Shown here in pieces: positions 56,401-64,000 of a stretch of DNA of 64,000 nt (positions within the stretch are counted from its first letter, which is position 1; each line of letters begins with the position of its first letter). The translations under genes were made by a program, and so were the position numbers. Origin of the DNA: Lytechinus pictus (lineage: Eukaryota); contig NC_087245.1 in assembly GCF_037042905.1 (NCBI RefSeq), positions 30,382,001-30,446,000 of the forward strand, read 5' to 3'. Below the pieces are notes generated by a model, which did no database searches, was not told the origin of the DNA, and saw nothing but the letters and a program-made list of their open reading frames with translations.

Positions 56401-59400
56401 TTTTGTCTCGCTTTCATAGCAGAGCGAGACTATAGGCGCCGCTTTTGACGGTGACGTCGTCAACATTGAAATGTCATCATAACAAGGACCTAGTTCATGA
56501 AACTTGGACATAAGGGTAATTAAGTATTACTGAACATCCTGCGTGAGTTTCAGGTCACATGACCAAGGTCAAAGGTCGTTTAGCATCAATGAACTTTGGC
56601 CATATTGGGGGTATTTGAGGAATTGTCATAACTTTGAAATTTTATGGATCTAGTTCATGACACTTATATATCCTGTGCTAGTTTCAGGTCACATGACTAA
56701 GTCAAAGGTCATTTAGTTTCAACAAACTTTGGTAATGTTTGGGGAATTTGTGAAATGTCATCATAACTTTAAAAGTCTATGGATTTAGTTCATGAAACTT
56801 GGACTTAAGAGCAGCAATGTATCCCTGAATACCTTGTGTGTGTTTCAGGAACATGGCCAAGATCAAAGGTCATTTTAAAGGTATTGTTTGACTTTGTGAG
56901 CAGCCGATTAAAAAAATTCTCAAACCAAGATGAAACATGTGTACAAGTGCATGTATTCAGGGATGCCACTTTTCCGTATTTATACGGAATTCCGGCTTTT
57001 TTCCTGCTATCTGTCTTATTTCCGTATTTACGACTTTTCCTGTTTTCTGTGTATTAAAAAAAACCGGAAAGTCCTCCTTTTTTCCCCCTATCTCTCCCGA
57101 TTGCGATGCATGTCGATCGACCGAGTGAGAGATATTTCCCCGAGATATTTGCTTTTATACAGTACATAATTTATAAACGCGCGCACTGCCTACTACGTTC
57201 ATTGAGTTATGCTTTTATCAAGGCTTTCTGATTAGAATCATCGATATCCTGGCCAATCAATGCGAGCGACAAGTTCCGAACGCACGCACATAGACAAGCG
57301 CAAAGCAGCGGCACGAATCGCGGTATAATAGCGACTGGTAAATACGTCTGTAAAGATGATGACGTCATCCAAGATGGCAACTTACGATGACCAACGAAGG
57401 AATCGAGGATGACTAAGTTTTGATCATCATTTGAAAGGAATTAGCGGTAACTGCGGTCTAAGGTACGATGTTTCTGAATTTTATATATTTTCTCGTAAGT
57501 TTGGATGTAATTATTTTTTTATAATGTGACATTTTATGTACCAAAAACGATCCGAAAATCGGGTTTCCGCCGAATGTTAGATCTAACGTTACTGCTGCAT
57601 GCTGATACGGAACCCAGGGAGCTCCGGCCCGGAAAGCGGGCCGGAGCTCCTTGGGTTACGTATCAGCTAGCCCAGGGAGCTAGCGGGCCCTGGGTTAGCT
57701 GATACGTTGTCTTTATGTACGGGCCAACAACTCTTCAGTCTATGTATTGGTGAGTGGAGCTGAACAACCAAAATACAGAGACTGAAGCTTTTGGTCTAGC
57801 GTTCTATGAGAAACACACAACTAACTACCGTCAGTTTTTCAAACCTAATTGACTTCAAAGTCATCGATCACAACAAGGTAAGAAGCCACTTGGTCCTCCC
57901 CTCTCCCCTGAATTTGAGGTGGGGGCGGACCCCCCCCTCCTAATTTTTTTTTTTTTTTTTTTTGCTTGTCCATTTTTTTTGTCTCACCTGCATAGCAGAG
58001 TGAGACTATAGGCGCCGCTTTTCCGACGGCGGCGGCGACGGCGGCGTCAACACCAAATCTTAACCTGAGGTTAAGTTTTTGAAATGACAGCATAACTTAG
58101 AAAGTATATGGACCTAGTTCATGAAACTTGGCCATAAGGTTAATCAAGTATTACTGAACATCCTGCCTGAGTTTCATGTCACATGACCAAGGTCAAAGGT
58201 CATTTAGGGTCAATGAACTTAGACCATGTTGGGGGAATCAACATCAAAATCTTAACCTAAGGTTAAGTTTTTGAAATGTCATCATAACTTAGAAAATATA
58301 TGGACCTAGTTCATGAAACTTATACATAAGGTTAATCAAGTATCACTGAACATCCTGCATGAGTTTCACGTCACATGACCAAGGTCAAAGGTCATTTAGG
58401 GTCAATGAACTTTGGCCGAATTGGGGGTATCTGTTGAATTACCATCATAACTTTGAAAGTTTATGGATCTGATTCATGAAACTTGGACATAATAGTAATC
58501 AAGTATTACTGAACATCCTGTGCAAGTTTCAGGTCACATGATCAAGGTCAAAGGTCATTTAGGGTCAATGAACTTTGGCCAAATTGGGGTATTTGTAGAA
58601 TTACAGCCATAAATTTGAAAGTGTGTTGGTCTAGTTCATAAAACTTGGACATAATAGTAATCAAGTATCACTGAACATCCTGTGCGAGTTTCAGGTCACA
58701 TGATCAAGGTCAAAGGTCATGTAAGGTCAAAGAACTTTGGCCACGTTGGGGGTATTTGTTGAATTGCCATCATATCTCTATAAGTGTATTGGTCTAGTTC
58801 ATAAAATTTGGAAATAAGAGTAACCAAGTATCACTGAACATCTTGTGCGAGTTATAGTAGTTTTCAAAATCTGCACTGCTGCTATATTGAATCGCGTGAT
58901 GCAGGTGAGACGGCCAGAGGCATTCCACTTGTTTTTTTTGCTTGTCCAATTTTTTACCTGTGACATGTGTCCATCCCAAAATTTAAGGTGGACCCCCCTA
59001 AATTTGTTTTTCTTGGACACTGTCCCGGCCCGCGATAAGTTTCAGTATTTTTGGAGGACACCTAGTGGCATCCCTGTGTATTAGAACTAATAAACCCTGA
59101 AAACAACCATTATTGAGAATGAAAAGCTAAAACTACAAGGCAAACCCCGATTTTGTAAATAGGAGTCTTATAGACGCCTAAATAGTACACATAAGTGTAT
59201 GGGATGAAATTAAGATGGTGTTTTCGGTCACTTTATATTTCAATTTTTGAAGCACTAAATAATTATTTTTAAACGCAATTTTTTCTGGGCTTCATTTTTG
59301 TAACATATCACAGACACAGGTGACAAGTGTGACCTTCTAGCTCAGATTTTTTAAAAGTCAAACCAATGTTAACCAATCACTTTAAAGGTCAATGTTGGGA

Positions 59401-59657
59401 GTACATCTTGAATTGGCATCATAACTTAGGAATTATGGTACTTGCTCATGAAACATTGACTTAAGGGTAATCAAGTATGAATGATTGTTTTGCACATGTC
59501 TTAGGTCACATCATCATGGTCAATGGACAAAATATTTTATTATCATATTGGTGTTTTCTTCTGTGAATGATTATTCATTAGCTGTTTTTCAAAGGAAGCA
59601 CTGCTGCTATATCGAATTGCGTAATGCAGGCGAGACTGCCAGAGCCATTCCACTTGT
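56401..59657 (+). mobile_element. DINE-1/Helentron-like element hosting a four-level nest
   Basis: 5' T-run plus gtctcgc..gcgagac hairpin; 3' gcaggcgagac..cattccacttg. Nested inside: TTAA MITE 56879-59381, TIR element 56958-59076 (TGTATT duplication) and a second DINE-like copy 57973-58931. Confidence 0.75.
57973..58931 (+). mobile_element. DINE-1/Helentron-like element with 162-192-bp internal tandem repeats
   Basis: Subterminal inverted repeat gtctcacctgca (57981) / tgcaggtgagac (58900); internal IR gtgagac; inserted in a T run with no TSD. Confidence 0.78.
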
Positions 59658-59691
59658 TTTAATGTTTATATCGAATGGTGTTTCTTTACAG

Positions 59692-59841
59692 CTACTCAAC
59701 CCAACTACCAGACCATGCAAGGAGCTGCAGGACGTCAGTTCGGTGCCCCCAGGACTGGTGCAGCCACTGGACAAGTCCGTCAACCCTTGCCAGCAACACG
59801 TGTGCCAGTCCAGGCTGCACCAGCTGGTCAGCGTGTCGCAG
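59692..59841 (+). CDS. PABPC1: PABPC coding exon 9 (linker); probable GC donor
   Basis: Acceptor tttctttacag|; (A)TQPNYQTMQGAAGRQFGAPRTGAATGQVRQPLPATRVPVQAAPAGQRVA; best donor CAG|gcaaga at 59842 (phase 1). An alternative GT donor lies at 59827. Confidence 0.82.
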
Positions 59842-60318
59842 GCAAGACATAATCTTTGTGTACCCCCCCCCCCCCCATTTCTCCACATACTGACTGCCCC
59901 ATCAAACTGATGTGTCTCTGTTTTACAGGATATTTAGTTTCAAGGGATTTTATGTCATTAATGATGGGTACCTGTCCTTCCCCAAATTGCACTTATAATT
60001 ATACAAATTTCATGTTGATTCATGTAATTCCTGAGTTGTCTGAAGAAGTCTATATGCAAGTCTTTCCTTAGTCGACCTTCCTGAGTCGAGTATTTGCCAA
60101 AAGGTAGCATTAAAATTTATTTTTTTTAGACCAGGGGGCATTTCACAGAGATTTTTGTATGACTTAGGGTCACACTTAAATGCCTGGATAATACAGAACA
60201 TGTTATTTACCTAAAGTCGATTTTTCTCACAAGTCTATCAGATCTCATAGGTACTAGAAGACTTGACTTAGGCAGAGATACCTACATTTAACAAGTTTTG
60301 CCATCCCCATTTCTTCAG

Positions 60319-60434
60319 GTATGGGAGCCCCTGCTCAGCAGCAGATGCGTCTTGGTGCCGGAGCCCAACTTGCAGCCAAGCAGTATCAGAAGTTTGCTGT
60401 TCCAAGACAGGGCTTGCAAGGACAAATGCCAGCG
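60319..60434 (+). CDS. PABPC1: PABPC coding exon 10 (linker)
   Basis: Acceptor tttcttcag|; (G)MGAPAQQQMRLGAGAQLAAKQYQKFAVPRQGLQGQMPA; donor GCG|gtaaat; phases fit both neighbours. Confidence 0.87.
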
Positions 60435-60863
60435 GTAAATTTGATATTTTTTTTCTTTTCTGACTCAACTAACTTTTAGCAAAAAGATTATTGTGGTATC
60501 GGTGATGTGTTCTCATCGTATTATTGTACAAATTCTACAAGGTTTTATTCAGTTAATAGACATGGCTTTATATCTTTAAATCTGTTTGTGATAAGAACAC
60601 GGTTCCCACATAACTTGGAGTGGCAATCACTGATGATGCTCTGGAGAAAAATGGGGTCAATATGGCACCCATATAATGCCTAGAACCACTGTTATACTTC
60701 CCAAGCATTTGTACATTGATTATGAAACATCTGAAAAATATATTTTTCAGAGAAGAGTGTCGTAGAACATGTATGTATGTATGTATAAGCTATACCCAGG
60801 ATCAAACGGACTAGATATTCATGCATCATTTAAACAATGTTTTTGCTAATTATGCTTTGATAG

Positions 60864-61097
60864 CAGGAATCACAACCAGTGCAGGCTCTCCTTGTGCCGG
60901 GTCAGGAGCCCCTGACTGCCCAGATGTTGGCCGCCGCCCCTGCCCAGGAGCAGAAGCAGATGTTGGGTGAGCGTCTCTTTGCCCTCATCGCAGAGACCCA
61001 CAAGGAACTTGCTGGAAAGATCACTGGCATGCTGTTGGAGATTGACAACTCTGAGCTGCTTCACATGTTGGAAATCCGGGAAGCCCTGAACAAGAAG
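60864..61097 (+). CDS. PABPC1: PABPC coding exon 11 (MLLE/PABC domain)
   Basis: Tandem acceptor tag|cag| (start 60864 or 60867); (Q)[77 protein letters not shown]; donor AAG|gtaggc. Confidence 0.96.
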
Positions 61098-61735
61098 GTA
61101 GGCAACGTTTTTTCACATCACATTTCGCCATGTAACAGTGTGATGGCAGAAAGGAATGTTAAAAACCGAAAACTTAATACCTAATCACCTAATGTATTTC
61201 GTATTTCTCTATCCTGGGTACTGGATAGTGTCAGTAATAACTTGCTCCTGAATTATCACGTTGGAAGATGACTGCGGATGATGTGGATCTTCATTTCTGT
61301 GTTTATTTTTAAAGGTTTAAAGGTTTCCAAAAATTTGCAAATGGTTTTTACCAAGTTCAAAGCATGCAATCCACAATTAATTTCCTCATGTGTGCCAGTG
61401 TTAAAGTCATCAAGAGTGAGAGATAGGAAAAAACGGTATCATTAAGTTACAAAACTAAAGTGATGAGAAGCTGAATCAAAGATGTGAATAGTGAAAGACA
61501 AAGTTAAGTGTCCTGATAATGGTTTTGATATATTGTATAACTTGCTCTAATGAACTTATAAAATAAGAATGAAAACCACTCACAAACAAGGCTACTGTCA
61601 ACAGATGGGCTTTCAATAAAATCTTTAATTTTTAGTATATATATATTTATTCTTCATTTATTCTCACACTTATTTGATCATGTTCTTTTTTCTCACCACC
61701 CCCCCCCCCCCTCCTTCCCACTCTTTCAAACTCAG

Positions 61736-61819
61736 GTTGAGGAGGCTGTTCAGGTACTGATGAACCACCAGAAAGAAGGAACCAAGGCTGCTGTACAGAA
61801 CACAGTCCCTGCCCAGTAG
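61736..61819 (+). CDS. PABPC1: PABPC last coding exon
   Basis: Acceptor aaactcag| after a long pyrimidine tract; VEEAVQVLMNHQKEGTKAAVQNTVPAQ* (TAG 61817-61819). The spliced CDS totals 1914 or 1917 nt. Confidence 0.95.
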   Translation, partial: VEEAVQVLMNHQKEGTKAAVQNTVPAQ

Positions 61820-63200
61820 AACATCACCCCCTATCTGCAGAATTTCCCACTCCCCAAAACCTGTAAATGGTCAATATTTTGCCCCTATTTGAATTACCAA
61901 CCCTAGCTTGTACAAAATACTCAGCAAAAAAAATGCTGTTAATTTGTACTCTTACGCTCGGTTAGCATGATCTGTGTTTACCTCATGGTTAACACGATTA
62001 TTGATATATCCAGACGAAATACTGCAAAGGATTTATTGCTTGTTTCAAATACTATCCATCTTTGAAATAGTCTAGAATTAAAATTCACCAAATCCTGTGA
62101 CCCTTCAACTTCACAATTACCACATGGCATTACACTTGTAGGACCTTTCTCTCCAATATTTGGAGATTACCGATGCAATGATCATCATTCTTGTAATAAA
62201 AAATAGAAGAAAAAAAATGAAAAAAAAGTATGTGCTTTTCAAAGTACAAAAATACATAAAAATGGAAAACGGGTCTACTTAATATTCACTTTTAAACAAA
62301 AAAAAAACCTAAAAAGCTAATAGTACTTGTCAAATTTTGAATGAAACTTATGAACGCAAAAAATCACTCCAAAAAATGAGAAAAAAAAAAAAAAATGCAA
62401 AACTTGAAAATACAAATGTGGAAGGGGAGTTTAGGAATGTAACCTTGTAACACAAGATTGTTTTTCTGGTTCACATTCAATTGTGAACTTAAAAACAAAT
62501 AAAAATGAAAAAAGAAAAAAAAAAGAGCAAAAGAAAAAAAAATATAGTCAACTTTAAATCTGGTTGATGTGCATTTATCATATTTTTAGGAATGTATTGC
62601 ATTTCTTCTTTTTTTTACTTTATTTGATTTATTCAGGGTAAAAAAAAGAGCAATCTTACCTAGTGACACTTGTTATGCTTCACCTTCATGCACTTTGTGT
62701 TGCGGTAATTTCACTGAAAAAATTGTCGTTTGATTTAAATACATTCAGGTTTGATGTAGTGTGTTTGAGAATTTAGACTATTAAGATTTCAAATCAATTT
62801 TCTTCCTTCACTGTCAGTGATATGTTCTAACATTATAGTTTGGATGAAGTGCCTTTCTCTATGATGTAGTGTTTTTTTTTTCATTCATGTAAATAAGTTA
62901 CTTTCTAGATCCCACTCTTTTCTGCTCTTGTTTTTCTTTATTGCTTGTGGTTATTTCTGTGTTATTGTTATTTTGCATGCTGTAGAAATGTTGCCCAAAG
63001 TTAATAGAGTAAATACATTTAACTTTAATGTGTGGCTCAATAGTACAAAATATTGCAATTAAATATCCTCTTTGGCATTCAAAAGGTCATTTTAATAGAT
63101 ATCACCAGAAAAAAAAAGTTGACTGAAACATAAAAATCTACAAAATGCTGGAGAAAAAAAAACGTAAATGGACACTAAAGCTGGGCAAACTTTGGTATTA
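61820..63200 (+). other. PABPC 3'UTR with A-rich tracts and AATAAA signals (3' end uncertain)
   Basis: Follows the stop codon; AATAAA at ~62195 and ~62498; several oligo-A runs 62190-62545, then U/GU-rich sequence. Confidence 0.55.
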
Positions 63201-63249
63201 ACAAGATATCAACCACAGGAGATTTATCCAGTCATGTGTTTCATTAAAA

Positions 63250-63960
63250 ACTACAAAATAAACTTTGGTTCTTACTCTAAAACAGGTTGTTTGCGTCTTT
63301 ATTTATTGTTAGTCAAAAAGGGGCCTAAGCTTTCGATCCTAGCAGAATCTTCGTCGGAGGCAAAATGACAAACATATAAAGTGGAACAACCATAATATAG
63401 ACCACAAACAAGCTACAGCAACACTATAGAAACAAGGAGACAAAAGGGGCATTAGTGAGTAGAGAAGACCAATCAGGTTAGTGAAGGGGATGAAAGAAAA
63501 GGAGTAGGCAGACACAAAGGGAAGTTAGTGTGAGTAAGGCCAGTAAAAGACCTCAAGCCAAGAGGGATTAAAATAATGAGGCAGGCAACATCAAACAGGA
63601 TCTGGAACAAAACAGTGATAATGGGATGAAAAACAAGAGAATTAGTGAGAGGTGGGTCAAAACAGGTTACAAAGAAAGGCTTAATAAACTGGTGCATAAG
63701 AGTGGGGGAAAAAAAGAAGAAGAATGGGGAACAACTGATAATGTGCAAAAGACATATAAGTATATATGATAAAGCATTAAACAAACTAAGAGAAGAAGGT
63801 AAGTGTAAATATGTATCTATAAGTGATATGTATATAAATATATCCAAAAAAGAAAAAAAAAATGTATATGAAAAAATAAATAAATACACATATGGTGTAA
63901 CTGATATTGTAATCCGCTAGGTGTGACGGGAAAAAAACATAAGACTATATAGTAGGGGAA
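63250..63960 (-). mobile_element. Second Penelope-like family: 3' end/pLTR remnant with minimal hammerhead
   Basis: Minus strand GCCU-CCGACGA-A-GAUUCU-GCU-AGGAUC-GAAAGCUU/AGGC at ~63322-63361; preceded by pyrimidine-rich sequence and followed by AATAAA. Boundaries approximate. Confidence 0.6.
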
Positions 63961-64000
63961 AAAAAAAAAAAAAAAAACCCTGTATATGTGAAAAAGAGGA

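Noticed and set aside
59929..59967. Possible 39-nt in-frame cassette exon in PABPC intron 9
   Set aside because: Good acceptor but poor donor (gtacct), and the peptide composition is unlike the linker.
61459..61517. Possible intronic C/D-box snoRNA (GTGATGA ... CTGA)
   Set aside because: Short, with no terminal stem or recognisable rRNA antisense element.

Overview
AT-rich, intron-containing animal genomic DNA; the repeat landscape looks like an echinoderm (sea-urchin-like), which is an inference. The main gene is a complete 12-coding-exon cytoplasmic poly(A)-binding protein (PABPC1/4-type; + strand, ATG 40314, stop 61817-61819; 637-638 aa; four RRMs, a Q/P/A-rich linker and an MLLE domain). 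It has an A-rich autoregulatory-type 5'UTR tract, a probable GC-AG intron and a NAGNAG acceptor. About 11 kb upstream is the probable first coding exon (signal peptide, perfect GTAAGT donor) of a divergently transcribed minus-strand gene; I found no convincing downstream exon for it in the window. The remainder is a dense, often nested set of mobile elements with readable TSDs: hAT-like, TTAA-, TA- and 2-bp-TSD MITEs, DINE-1/Helentron-like elements and tRNA-derived SINEs. Most notable: (1) Penelope-like retroelement insertions with inverted pLTRs and minimal hammerhead ribozyme cores, one of which folds back exactly at the predicted ribozyme cleavage site; (2) tiny CATGGACC..GGTCCATG palindromes with 7-bp TSDs (P-element-like excision footprints), one anchoring a 3x ~530-bp tandem amplification. 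Most ORFs in the supplied track are spurious.
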